From NCBI RefSeq assembly GCF_018977255.1, contig NW_024704742.1, positions 36,210,001 through 36,274,000 of the forward strand: DNA of 64,000 nucleotides. Reading direction: 5' to 3'. Source of the DNA: Callorhinchus milii. Taxonomy: Eukaryota. Position numbers and translations under genes: made by a program. This document shows positions 11,576 to 24,159 of this stretch, one piece after another. The notes beneath the pieces were generated by a model, which did not search any database, had not been told where the DNA came from, and saw nothing but the letters and a program-made list of their open reading frames with translations. Each line of letters begins with the position of its first letter. Within the stretch, counting starts at the first letter, position 1.

Positions 11576-12894
11576 AGATTTTTTATTTCTCTGTGTAACT
11601 GGTGGTGACTGGAAACAATTTATCAGAGGAGATAACAAAATTTCTTCCTGTCAATCCCATCCTCCTCCAAATCTTCTTTGTTCTTCCCATTGATAACATG
11701 GTTAGAGATAGAATTTCCTCCATTGTGTGGCAGGATGACCGACAATGGAGACATATCAGTTCAGATATTAGTCTGAGATCTCCCATGGTATTTATTCTAC
11801 AATTTCTTTAGATTACAAGAATCACAGAATGATGAAAAGTAATTTGGCTCATCAAGCCTACTTTTTCCACTAGACTGCAAAACCAGCCCTATCATTGGCT
11901 TCATCCCACCCATTGCAGCTTCTGTGGAAAGTCCCACTTTGACACTCCTTAAAATCCAAGTGCAACCAAGCACAAACTCCACAATATTTATGCAGCCCGC
12001 ATCTCTACTGGTCAAACCTGCTATTCCTTCCCTCCACATACACTTTCCCCTAACCCTACACAGTGTTATCCCATACTGTTCTCAAATAGATAGCACTGAT
12101 TATTTAGGCTCTTTAAATTGTTGCCCTTTGCTGTCCTCATGTTCTGCAGTGTCCAGGAGTATTTGTTAAGTTCTTATGCTTCGGGGAGCTTATTTTAGAA
12201 AGAACAACACATGCACAGAAGTTATCATTATGTGGAGTGATTTTAACGTTGGAGCTTTTTCAATGGAACGGAGAAGATTAGGGAAAGATTTAATAGTGGG
12301 TTTCAAAATTATGAATGATTCTGATAGAATAAATTATAGAAAGACTATTTTCTTGATTGATATCATTATCACACTTTAATATCTCTCTGCAAATAAGCTT
12401 CCTCAGGAAAAGTAAACTGAAATAACATTGTCTATTTTGAGCTGCCTAGATATAGTTCAATTATTGTTATGACCATCTTTACTCCTGCGGTGAATTGTCT
12501 GCCTGAATATGATTATAGTAATAAATTACCTTTGCTTGTGATAACTACATTGCTGCATTGCCAGACTTAGTGTCATAAAACAAAGCAGTTATTGAATTCC
12601 GTTATTGTTGAGCAGGATCAGATTAAGGAATCGGGGGACCCTAAACCAGATCACATTTGGATGCTTTTGAACAATGCACGCAAAATACGCAACAATACCT
12701 TTTTAAAATACTTGTGTGCGTGACTTCATAGTCACAAACATTCAACTGCATGATCAAAACTCAATGCATATGTCAAATTGTGCTCATTAGACACAATTGC
12801 AAGTGAATTCACTCTAGCTTGGATCATTGTACATCTGAGTGAGTTTTTGATGACACTCATCTTTGATAACAAGTGTTCACAGGTAACAAAATAC

Positions 12895-13250
12895 ACAGTA
12901 ACTACACTTTGAAGTAAGTCTTGTGAAGCATTTTGAAATGTCCTCCTGATGTGAAAGGCATTATATTAAATGCAAGGATTATAATAATAATACATTTGAT
13001 ATAGCACTTTTCATGTCAGGACGATATCTCAAAGCACTTCACAGAATTTACTGTAAAGTGTAGTGACTTTGTAATTTATAGATTAACATGTTTGCCAATA
13101 TGCGCAGAGCAGTGTCGCATAAATATTATTTGGGCGATTGTTGGCCAGGACACCGGGAGAAACAATCTTCTCTTTTCGAAATATTGCCGTGGGATCTTTG
13201 ACATCTACCTGAACAGGCAGACGAGACATTGGTTGAACATCTCATCCGAA
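12895..13250. mobile_element. SINE tail (+, about 12895-12990) abutting a Deu-domain SINE (-, about 12993-13250)
   Basis: Reverse complement contains cttcggatgagatgtt...gtctgcctgttcaggtagatgtcaaagatcccacggca...ggtgtcctggccaaca, the Deu core of AmnSINE1/SacSINE1-type SINEs. Confidence 0.8.
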
Positions 13251-13513
13251 GCACGAGATTATTATTATTTCATGATTGCTACAGTGGAATAATATTCTGC
13301 GATTCAATTATTTATAATTTGTGTTCCACCACTGTTCTGCTGTAAGGTCAGCTTCCACACACCAGCTTTTTTTGACAATGTCATAAGCAGCTAGATATCA
13401 CAGCATTGTCCTCATCAGTAAACACATTCTGATGTGAAAAGCCTCATTACGATGCTGACAAGGTCTGCTCAAGTGTATCGAAGAATTCGCTGTGCATATT
13501 AAGCAATTTCAGA

Positions 13514-13530
13514 CAGCGCCCCCTGTGGAG
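13514..13530 (-). promoter_or_regulatory. CTCF-like motif
   Basis: Reverse complement CTCCACAGGGGGCGCTG matches the CTCF core CAGGGGGCGC. Motif only. Confidence 0.45.
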
Positions 13531-14329
13531 ACTTTGACAGAAAGAAAATGTCAAAATGCTCCTTTGTCAACTGTCAGGGTATAAATTGAAAGAGTCATTG
13601 AATGTGTCAAAGAACGGCACTGAGTTGGTGAATTATCCACACACCTCTCAAATTATACTGCAGGGTTGCTTTGTCAAGTACGATGAACGCTGGGGTACAG
13701 GATTGTATAATGATTGCATGCAAATAGCCTGATTATGTGTGACCAATGAAATGTAACCAATGAGGTTATATATTGTAAGCGCTGGCATGAAAGGTCTCTG
13801 TCAAAATGTGGTGGTTTCATTTGTTCTATTATAAAATATGGCTTTATTGCAACTCTTTGCAAGCTCATCTACTTACTTCAGTTAGCCGAGAAGATTGTAT
13901 TGCAAATAGATGAGAAGTGCATTTATAAGGCAATGACTGCCTTCCAATGGTGTTTGGGAAACGTTTGGCCCATTAAATCATTCAGCCATATGTCGCATTT
14001 GATTGACAGTTCAATGGCCATACATCACCATATTAAGCATGTGTTACATTTACACAGAATCCTTGATGACTTCTGTCAACATGCTATATATCAAACCCAT
14101 GTTAATATCAGCTCACTCAACCATCAAAATACCGCATTGCATGACTGGCCAGGAAATCTCTGGCTAAAGGATCTTAAAGTTACAGTTAAAATAAAATATT
14201 TTTTCCAAACGTGATATTTTTATCACCATGCTATCATTACTGGCTTCAACTCATTATAACAATAATAATCTTTGCATTTCATATGTAAACTTCAAACATC
14301 ACAAACCACTTTAGAGCTAAATGATGTTA

Positions 14330-15225
14330 GCTAGCCCAAACCCTTACCTACTCATTGACCTCCAGATTTGTCCTCCAATGCCTTCCTTAAGGTCTCCCAC
14401 CCCTATCACCCAGAAGCTCCAACTAATCCAACATTCAATATCTCACATTCTTACCTGCACTAGACTTTAAATGTCCATCATCACCATATAGGCCAGACTT
14501 CACTGGTTCCTGTCACCCAGGGATCAACTTCAGCCTCAAGTACAAATTTCTTCACACCCTCAACACTTTCTACTACTGTGAGTTTTCAAAGGAGGTATGT
14601 GAGGCAGGCCTTTCGAGGCATACAAGATTTTAGATGAGATTGAGAAGGTAATCCAGAACAATACTTTTTGATGTTCCAAGACTGCAAAACAAGAGCACAC
14701 ATTTTTAAGGTTGCCAAGGGTAAACTAAGGACAGATACTAGAAATGTGCTTTTACCCCGCAGATAATCAACAATTGGAACAGGTTTCTAAGAAGGATGGT
14801 TGAGGTCAAGATGCTGTACTCATTCAAAACGCAACTTGATGCTGTGATGGGAGGACGGTAGGGTGTGTATTCTGGAGGATTAAATCAAATGGGCTGAAGG
14901 GCCTTCTTCATCTGAACCGATCTTGTGCTCTTGTCACTTTCTCCAACCTTATTCTCCTCCCAGACCCCTCTGCTTTCTCCAACCTTATTCTCCTCCCAGA
15001 CCCCTATGCCCTATCATCAGTTGCTGAACCTTCAACCATTATGGCCTTACCCTTTCCCCTTCTCTATCTTTAAAAGCCTCTTGAAAACCTATCTCTTCAA
15101 CTATGTCTACAGTGAACTCTCTCCTCCACCCTCCCTGTTTTGTGTCTGACACCATTTCTGTCAAGTGCGTTGAGACATTACTCTTTTTGATGGCGCAATA
15201 TAAATTCAAGTTTAGTTGTTGTTGT
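14330..15225 (+). mobile_element. Old L2 remnant interrupted by a CR1 3' fragment (about 14590-14925)
   Basis: L2-like cactggttcctgtc and aaaacctatctcttcaac...(tgt)n on either side of a CR1-like segment ending atgggctgaagggccttcttc. Confidence 0.55.
14937..15005. repeat. Tandem duplication, 36-bp period
   Basis: ctttctccaaccttattctcctcccagacccct occurs twice exactly. Confidence 0.9.
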
Positions 15226-15763
15226 CGTGATGAACGTCATTCATTTGTCGGCATTTAAGGTAAATGTTTAGGCAAGTGAATAATTATACTAGTTATAGTC
15301 CTGGCCAGGTGCCCAGCTAACAGTGCAAGGCATTTTAAAAATCTTCCCGACATGAAAGCCATTATATAAATGGAAATTGTATTGTATTGTTATAACAACT
15401 AAACTGCGTTATTCTGAGTAGTTCAGAGAATAAAATCAATGGGTGAGGCAGATAAACTATTGATTTCCTAAACTATTCCATAAACTACTGAATGCCCTCA
15501 TTCTGGAATTATAATTTTGATATAGGATTTTTCTTAAAGTCACTATTGTTTTAACTACTCGGACTATATAATGAATATTTTAAATAATTCATTTTTCTGA
15601 GATAGGCGGTCTCCACAAGTAGCTATTCCCCAACACACAACACTCAGCTTGTTCTCCATATTGCAGATGTAGCACTTTCCCAGTCAGCGAAAACATATGC
15701 AGACCTGAGCGGCTCTGAAATAAGCTGTGATTCATTTCCAGCAAAGGTCATTGAATCAGACTG

Positions 15764-15981
15764 TGAGGCCTGAAATTTCTCATGGTTTTAGCCTTGGCAT
15801 CATTATCTTAAAATTTAACAATCATGCAGAATTTTGGAAAACAGTAAAATTCAACCTTTGTTTAGAATTTGGTTTTACAGAGTTTATTTTAACAACTGCA
15901 GAAACAGGTTTTTGAATTTAAGAATCCTGTACAATCTTAAATATTAAGATATGGTTAAGCCCATGAGGTGTTTGGGCCTCA
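15764..15981. mobile_element. Degenerate palindromic (fold-back/MITE-like) element
   Basis: Left arm tgaggcctgaaatttctcatgg...tatcttaaaatttaa resembles the reverse complement of the right arm ...ccatgaggtgtttgggcctca. A related partial copy lies at about 20065-20197. Confidence 0.55.
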
Positions 15982-17661
15982 GGAACAGGAAAACTTGTCT
16001 GACTGATATTTCCTTCCAAATCTGCGAAACTTGAAGTACATCTGTAAACTCGAGTTAAAAAAAAGCTTATGTCCTGAAAATTATTTTTATTTGTCAGATT
16101 TTCACATTCTCTATGAAGTGTCCTCAAGGCAGGATATTTAGGAATTTAAAGCAACCATTACACAAAACAATAATGACAAAACTAACAAGAGAGCTATTGC
16201 TGCATGATATTTTAACCACACAGAATGCCCAATTACATTGCCAAATTACCAAATGCTATTCACAGTTTGAATCAGTACTGACAGTGATGCAAAGGGCAAT
16301 TTGAACAGTATAATACCACAAATCCATTTATTCAGTGGCACTACGCACAGTTTAAAGCTGCCCACTAAACATCAGAATGTAATACAAAGAAGAACGACTT
16401 CATGTGGTGCATAAAACATATGCCTTCATTATATTTAACGCACAGAAGTATGAGACAGATTGAACAATGATGTCTCAGTAGCAGTGGCCAACTTATACTG
16501 GTCAAGCACAAATGGGCCCTCAGGCTCTTTCATACCATCAACATGTGAAGAATCTTGTGTTGTACAGATCGAATACTAACTGATACAGGATCCACTTAAA
16601 CCATTCAGCAGATAGAAAAGCGCCTATGATGTGGGTGTTACACAATGGCTTGTGAGGTAGTATATTGGCTTCAGACACAGTATTCCATGAGCTCACAAGA
16701 GCTTCGATGAAGATGACCTTTTGTTCCCTTTGATCTAAAATTTTCACAACAATAACTGTTGTTCATTTCAATATATTATCAAACTGCTCATTAAATGACT
16801 CCACTGTCCTGTCCCCATCCTTCCTAATATTTTCCAGGTTACTGGTCCAATCAACCAATTACCTCAGGTGGTTCTCAATAGAGATCACAGAATCAAAAGG
16901 TGTTTTGATTTGGTGACTCCGCATTTACACCACAGCTATCAGAGATAAAAATATAACAAAAATATTCAGAAGCTCTTACTTCAACAACAAATTGCACTTA
17001 TATAGCACCTTTCACATCAGGAGGACGACCCAAGGTGCTAAAACATCATCCCACAATCAAGACAAAAGCAAGTGTTACTACAGGATTTATAGCATCTTTC
17101 AGTACAGCGGTGCCTTGTTTATAGCAGAGATCTAACATCCAAAGAGATGGTTTCCTGCACTAAAAATGGCTGACTTCTGGATCATTAAGTCTCCACTGAC
17201 ATCACTTTCTGCATGTTACACCATAAGCGCTCTGTAAAGGAAACGCTGCTAATGTCACTTCTTGAAGGAACTGATGTCGCAATGCTTTTTGCACACAGCT
17301 CATATGCGAGTAATGCACAGGAAGTTACAGCAGCAACCTAAAGAACTTTTTTTGTGTGTCTTGCTAATAACGCAGATGGTGAGACATTGGATCCAGCTGA
17401 GTGCTCCATAACAAGGTTTCCCTGTACAAACACTATTAAAAACACTTAGGCCTGATTAAGAGTGAATGAGTTCCAAGTTTCATTTTATTCCATAACTAAT
17501 TGGATTGGCAGTGTATCAGATTCACTGCGTGGCTTCAAAGTAACTTTGTCAGCAGCATTAGGCCAAAGCCTGTGGGCCGCCAAAAGGAAGTTAGATTTTC
17601 ACTGGTAAAGCTTAACGGGGAGCACAATATAGAATTTCCACCTGGACACTTAAGAAGTATA

Positions 17662-17824
17662 CAGTAAACTCCTGATAACTTGAGCCTGGCTTAACTTAAT
17701 TCATCATTCCGTCAATACCCCAGTTGTATTTATTTATGTATTTAGACATATGCCTAACTATGTCACCATTAACTGGTCACTAAGCCCTTTTCCCTTGGAG
17801 CGACAAATTATCAGCAGTTCACTG
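17662..17824. mobile_element. Tc1/mariner (pogo/Tigger-like) MITE
   Basis: TIRs cagtaaactcctgataactt vs cagtgaactgctgataattt (reverse complement of the right end) match 17/20. Flanked by TA on both sides. Confidence 0.75.
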
Positions 17825-18039
17825 TATTTGCCTCACTGCTGAATTTCTCCATGCCAATTTTTCTCAAGGTGCCTCGCCACTAAGAGATGAACCGTAAAAC
17901 AGCACATTTGTCGCCTGCAACTTGACCTCATATTTCCTATTACAACAGAAAAAAAAACGGGCTTGAACTGCTGGCTCACAGGAATTGTAGCTATAGGCAA
18001 ATTACTTGTGCAGACCAAGCACATTTATTTGACTTCAAC

Positions 18040-18230
18040 AGTCAGAGCAGAACCTCAGGGTGTAGATTTAAAGTTAAATAGGTATCAAGCAAGACTGATG
18101 ATTAGAAGATATTTTTCCCGTAGAATAGTGACTGCGGTGAACAGATTCCCACCAAAAGCAGCTGATGATGTGTTGATTAACTACTTCAGATAGGATTAAA
18201 TATTAGCTTGAAGCAAAACTGGATATTTCA
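18040..18230 (+). mobile_element. Old CR1-type LINE 3' fragment
   Basis: Translation RYFSRRIVTAVNRFP resembles the CR1 C-terminal FFxQRVVxxWNxLP. Confidence 0.55.
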
Positions 18231-18419
18231 GTATTGAGACATGCAGCTTGAGATACAGTGGTTTCTATGCTCTTCCCTCCTCATTTAAATTTACCTCCAA
18301 ATTCAAATTAGTAATAATCCTTGCATTTAATATAGTGCCTTTCATGTCAGGAGGATGTTTCAAAGTGTTTCACAGGGTATACTGTTGTGTAGTGACTGCA
18401 TTTTCTTTCAGTCGGCACT

Positions 18420-18770
18420 TTGAACTCAGTCTAGGTTGACACTCCAATGTAGTGCAGAGGTGTGCTACATTGTTGGAGGTGTAGTTCTTTGGATCAGACA
18501 TTAACTGAGGTCCCAGCTCGCTGTTCAGTAAATGATAAATGAAGAGAGTTTCTTCTGGTGTCTTGATCAACTATTCCCAAATAATATTGGTTGTTATGTT
18601 ATTATGTTATGTTATTTATTTCATGGCTGTTTGTGGGACTTTGTTGTGTGCAAATTGGCTGGGAGGTCACCTACAAAATACATCTTATATCACAGTATTA
18701 CCCGTGAAACATTTTGAATTGTTCTCCTGACATACATGGTACTTTATATCAAATTTAAGGATTATTATTA
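18420..18770 (+). mobile_element. Deu-domain SINE, degraded
   Basis: ctaggttgacactccaatgtagtg...ttctggtgtcttgatcaac...gctgtttgtgggactttgttgtgtgcaaattggctg, followed by an L2-like tail. Confidence 0.7.
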
Positions 18771-19789
18771 CTCATTTGTGCCACAGATGTAATACTATTT
18801 ACTACTGATGCTACTGATGTGTAGACAAAACAATTTGCGTCCCTCACTTGTCTTTAGTTCTTCTGAGGCTGCTCAATAGTAAAATAACATCAGTAGTAAA
18901 TTCTCATATAAAGTCTTATGTAGCTTGTACCACACTACAAAAGAGTTTCATTTTAACCCTTTCACCAGCACAAACCTGCTCCGTTTTGCACAAACTCCAG
19001 TTGTACCACTGGACATGATCAAGTCCACTTGTGCACAATTCCCATTGATAATCAAAGGTTGTATGTCAGGTTCTATCCTGTCCCTCTGTGCCTGAACTTC
19101 ATTCCCATTATGCTCAACCAAATAACGACGATTGCAACAAGGCAAACAGGATTTTTTCAAACACACAGGGGATGACATGACATTTCTGCTTCATAAATTG
19201 TTCCCTTGCTTTGTTTCCCTCTGCTGAAGTGTCTGAATTTCAGCAACCAACAGCTGACATCATTGCAGATCATAATGTGTGAAACCTGCAGTAATTTATT
19301 TTCTTACAAACAGCATTTTGTACCTACACATCTGACTCCCTGAATAAAATAATCTAATACTATTATAACCCCAGTGCCAGCTCAATCACTGTGATTTTAA
19401 ATAAATTGAACAGCCAAAAACATCACAAGGATAGACTTTTCCAAAGCTCTCTTCGCTGGTCTCCTCCACTCTATTCTCCAGAAGCAGATCAGGAAGTCTT
19501 TAATTGGGCCACAGAGCAATGCATTTTCGCTCTCCTTTGCCAGATCCTGGCCTAAAAATCATTTTAAATTTAACAAGCTGTTTTTGTGACTGAGAATCCA
19601 AAAATCAGCTCTTGCTATGAAAAAATTAGAAACGGAGGAAAAGTTGAAAGTGAGAAGCTTGAAGGAGAAAACAATCTCCCAAAGTCAAACTGATTTTCAA
19701 TGACAAAAAGAGCTTGTGCTTTAACCATAATTTGTGTATTATTTAGGAATACCACAACTTTGATCCCATTCTATTAAATTAATAATAAG

Positions 19790-20062
19790 TAATAATCCTT
19801 GCAATTATTATAGTGCTTTATCATGTTGTCGAGACATCTCAAAGAGCTTCAGAGGATTAACTGCATTATGTTGGTGTATGTGTCACTGAACGTCCAATTT
19901 TATCTGGGGTCTGTTGATGTCGGAAGAAACTCTCTTCTCCTTTTGGGTTGTGCATGGGATTAACGTCCACTTGAACAGGCAGACAGTACCTCGGTTTAAT
20001 GACTCATCTTAAGGACAGCACCCTCAACAATGTAGTGCTCCTCAAATACTGCATTTAAGTGT
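19790..20062 (-). mobile_element. Deu-domain SINE, degraded
   Basis: tgaacaggcagacagtacctcggtttaatgactcatc...gacagcacc is the reverse complement of the Deu core. Tail at 19790-19850. Confidence 0.72.
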
Positions 20063-20632
20063 GATGAAATTGAAGATTATGCAGATCTTAAAAAGAACTG
20101 CAGAAAATAAGTTTCTGAATTAAGTCTGAATTTAAGGAATTTTTAAAATTCTGCACAATTGACAACTTTGAAGACATTGGAAGAATTTCTGCCTTCAAAT
20201 GTCGTGTAATACAGTAAAATATAATAGAACATTATGGCTTATTTTGTACGCTGCAGCTTTCAGTCACCCACAACATCTACCAGTAAACAATTAAACCTGT
20301 TATTTATATTTTATTACACAAGTGGTGTAAAGGCATTACAAGTCAGCATCAAAACGTTTATCATTAGTGCACTCTAATGATGAGCTAATTATTCTTTCAT
20401 GGCTGCTTTCCTAATGCATGGTGTCCCACATGAGCACATGCAGTCTAGTCCTATAGTAATCATACTAACTGCAGAAATAAATTCAGACACATTTCCTTTC
20501 CCTGTGGAAACCTCAGACGCAGCAGTGCTGCCTCGACAGGCTAAAGCAACAAAGTTACTGCTGTAATTGGTTCTCTTTGAGTTTTATTACAATGTGCAGG
20601 ACAATAATAGGTCACTCTGAGTTTCCCAGAGA

Positions 20633-21000
20633 GGAGTTCTGTTGCGTATTAGTTAGAGCACTCGACTCGCACACGAGAGGACCCGGGTTTGATTCCCAGA
20701 CAGGGCTTAGGCAAGTTTCCTTACTCCACATGCTTCGGTTTATCTAGCAGTAAGTAGAAATCTGGTTGTTAGTCAATTGGTGGATCACTTCAGGGTTAAT
20801 AATTCCTCCAATAAATCAATAAGTAATTTGGTCACTCAATCCACGACTGTTTGTGGGACATTGCTGTACGCAATTGGCTGCCACGTTTCGCCCACAAAAT
20901 ATGCAATCAATCCACTTTACAATATATTCTTTGAAGCTTTTTGAGACGTCTAAACGACCTTTAAAGAATTGTATCAAATGCAAGGATTATTATTATTATT
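20633..21000 (+). mobile_element. Full-length tRNA-derived SINE, long subfamily
   Basis: Diverged head, long internal segment, tail and (TTA)n. Confidence 0.88.
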
Positions 21001-23394
21001 ACAGTCTGCTTCTCTAGGTGTTTTGATTGCCTCGACTCAGAGTCTAGAGCTATGCTGTTTATGTGGCCCATTCCAGAGATTAATTCAGGTTCCATGTAGT
21101 TTCTGCCTAGGTGAGTGCAGTACATCCCCACACACAAACACCAAAGGGCTACAACCATTATTTGTGCTGCTCTCCTGGCAATGAGGCAAAGACTGCACTT
21201 ATATATTCACACTACACCAGACAATTCATCAGCCATGAAGTTACTTAAGCATGGAATGCTCTTCACAATAAGCTACAGTAAGACATACAGGAGTGAAATA
21301 CTGGGCAAATAAATAGACTGAATAAAAATCATAGATCTGGATCATGTCCTGATATTAATCCATGACAACTGTATTCGAACAATAAACATTTTTTTAAAAC
21401 ATATTTTATGCTGTAGAACTAGTGCAGATCGAAATGAATCCATCAATGAATGACAAGAGGAATGTTTTCTTGGTAGCACAACTTCAGGTTGCCATCTCCC
21501 ATGAGAGGGAGCATCCAGAACCTCTCCTGATCCCCAAACTAAAGACTGACCAAAGCTCAGTGAACAGATCTAAGTTTGGTGCTTTGTACTCTGAAATAAC
21601 CTGTCAAGAATCTCCCCTTCAGGCCATACATTCAGGGCTGACTCTGGCTCTGAATTCCTTGTCTTTGGTGCAAATGAATCCAGCACAAATGGCTAATTCC
21701 ATCCTGGTCTCTACTTGTGCAAGTTATAGTATAACTGCAAGCCCACGTCTCAGCAAGTTGTACTTTTTCAAATGCAACAATGAGCAATTTTAGGATAAAA
21801 ATGTGTGGGAAAGTGTGTAATATGATTGTTAAGACATCTCTTTGTCAGATTTGGGACTGAAAATTCCTCCCTCCATCACAAGACTTTGGGAGAATGGTTT
21901 TGCTGAGAAGTGCTGAAGATTCAATATTGACATTATGTTCTGTCTTAGTGAGCAAGGAGTGGACACCACTAAAATTTTCTACTGAGGAACAGTGTTTGAA
22001 CACTGATTCAAACCAAATAACAGCATCATTTTAATGAACACATTCCCTCACCCCAGTAACTTCAATGCAGGACTTTTATGTGAAGACAATAATCTCATGC
22101 AGAGCCCATCCAAGCAATGTTTTCAGGTAAATAAAATCAGTGTAACCCACACGCATTAATATATTGAGTTATATTGACCAGTCTTCAGTTCCAGATCTGT
22201 TTAGTCTCCAGCCCCATTCCCAACTCCACTCAGTCTCCAACTCTATTCGCAGCTCCATTCATTTTTGGGTCCCATCTGTTTTATTTTGCTTGTTTACCTA
22301 AAAAAAATTATGATGGCAGATAATGTCCATTACTTAAATACTCTCTTTTAGCCTCTTGCACAACCAGTAAAATAAAAAAAGGTTCATTTTATATTCATCC
22401 TAGATTTTGAAAGAGCAGTTGCTGAGTGCACTGAACTGCAGACAAGAACAAAATGTAAATCAGTCAGTGGATCCTCTAATCACTGATATATAATGCAAGC
22501 ATTAGATCATCTTTCATCACATAACCATGGGCAATTATTAGCGACTAGTTGCAATGAGTATTATATGTTGTGACTGTTGCAACTAAAAGATTTCTGGTAT
22601 GAATTATTTAAGAGAATTAATGGAAAGTTTTACCAATTAGGCAAAGCAGTTTTCCTGAACTATCAGTGTATTTTATTCCGGGCATATGCAAGTGCTTGTT
22701 CGTATGCCTGCTGTGGTGGATAAATTTGCAGGTCCTATCATGTGTGGCCAATGTAACTGGCCTGTCCACGGTAATTCCAGCTTCAGCAGCAGGATCCATA
22801 TACTATCCCCGATGCATAACTGAGATATTGAACAAACACATACAAACCTAAGATATATTTAACTTTATTTTCTCCATTGTCTCATACTTTATGTTAGTCT
22901 AATCCAATCCTAACCCTAATGCAATGTGTTAAGGCGCTATAAAAATGCGAGGATTTTTATTATTTTTTATTGTTTATTGTTGTTACTACTAGAAATAATG
23001 TAACATCTTTCAATGGTGGGAGTGATTGGGAGTAGGAAGCTGGATTTAGACTCACTCCCAATGATGCTGGTATTTATCTAAGAATAGAAAAACTTGACAT
23101 TTCATAACAGTTTCAATATAATAAATATTTGTTCAGCCGCTGTAACAGACAAAAAGTCAGGTGCTGCTTTTCAAGATATCGGATGCACAAAGCCAGTATC
23201 TTTGTTTCAGATCCTCAAAACTATTGTTCTCTGTGATCAAGAGCACTTATGGGTGTTCCAAACACCCCTCCAGCTTCCGCACAATTTCTGAAATTAAAAG
23301 TTTAGTATTCACTTCAAACAATTTGGGAGTACAATGCACTGGCTCGCTGCTAATACCTCTGACCATTAACCAGATTTTTACTCTCTGAATAATA

Positions 23395-23545
23395 AATAAT
23401 AATAATCCTTACATTTGGGATACTGTAGCACCTTTCACATCGGGGGGACAATCCAAAGTGCTTCACAGGATATACTGTAAAGGCAGTGACTGTGTGTTCT
23501 GTGGGCGAACGTGGTAGTCAGTATGTGCACAGAAATGTCACACGA
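23395..23545 (-). mobile_element. SINE 3' fragment
   Basis: Reverse complement of the SINE tail, diverged. Confidence 0.7.
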
Positions 23546-24159
23546 AGTGCTGTAATCTGTAATTATTGATTCACTGAGTGATGATAACATTTCAGCAGGA
23601 ATGTGAAGGCGGAGCTATGGTTACACTGGCCACTCACACTGACTCACAATGATTGAAATGAAGGAAGCCAGTACATGTACAGAACATCACTTTCCAGCCT
23701 CCAACTTAGGTCAGTCTTTTCCTGGAGCTGAACAGACAACGGCACATCTTCAATTGGGAGGAATGAAAAGGAAATGTGCTGTACTGGTGGTGATAAAAAC
23801 GGCAAATTAAAAAGCACACACAAAGGGACAGGCCAACAGCAGGAAACCCTTCAAAAGTGTGAAGGAAAAACATCACTTCTCAAAGATATTAAACACTACT
23901 TAGATGTTATGGTATTTCCACTGTTCAGATGCCTTTGGAACATCCCAAAGGATCCAAAGCACGAGCTCCCAGAAACTCAGTAGAGCTGTTCCAGGACCCA
24001 TATGGTCATCCTTAATGCCTTCAACACTGGATTGGTGCAGATGGGGAGCCGAGAGTCACTTTGATACAAAGTGTAAAGTATCGCTTAGCAAGAAGCATAC
24101 TATAAAAACAAGAAACTCTTTTAACAGGTAGGCAATGTCATGGGAATTGTTTTAAAAGT

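Noticed and set aside
11625..11760. Protein-like minus-strand frame MSPLSVILPHNGGNSISNHVINGKNKEDLEEDG
   Set aside because: Bounded by stops, with no suitable splice acceptor and no recognisable homology.
17868..17936. Minus-strand exon-like KYEVKLQATNVLFYGSSLSGEAP (faintly FN3-like)
   Set aside because: It has a plausible acceptor but hits an in-frame stop without a good donor, and I found no partner exons.
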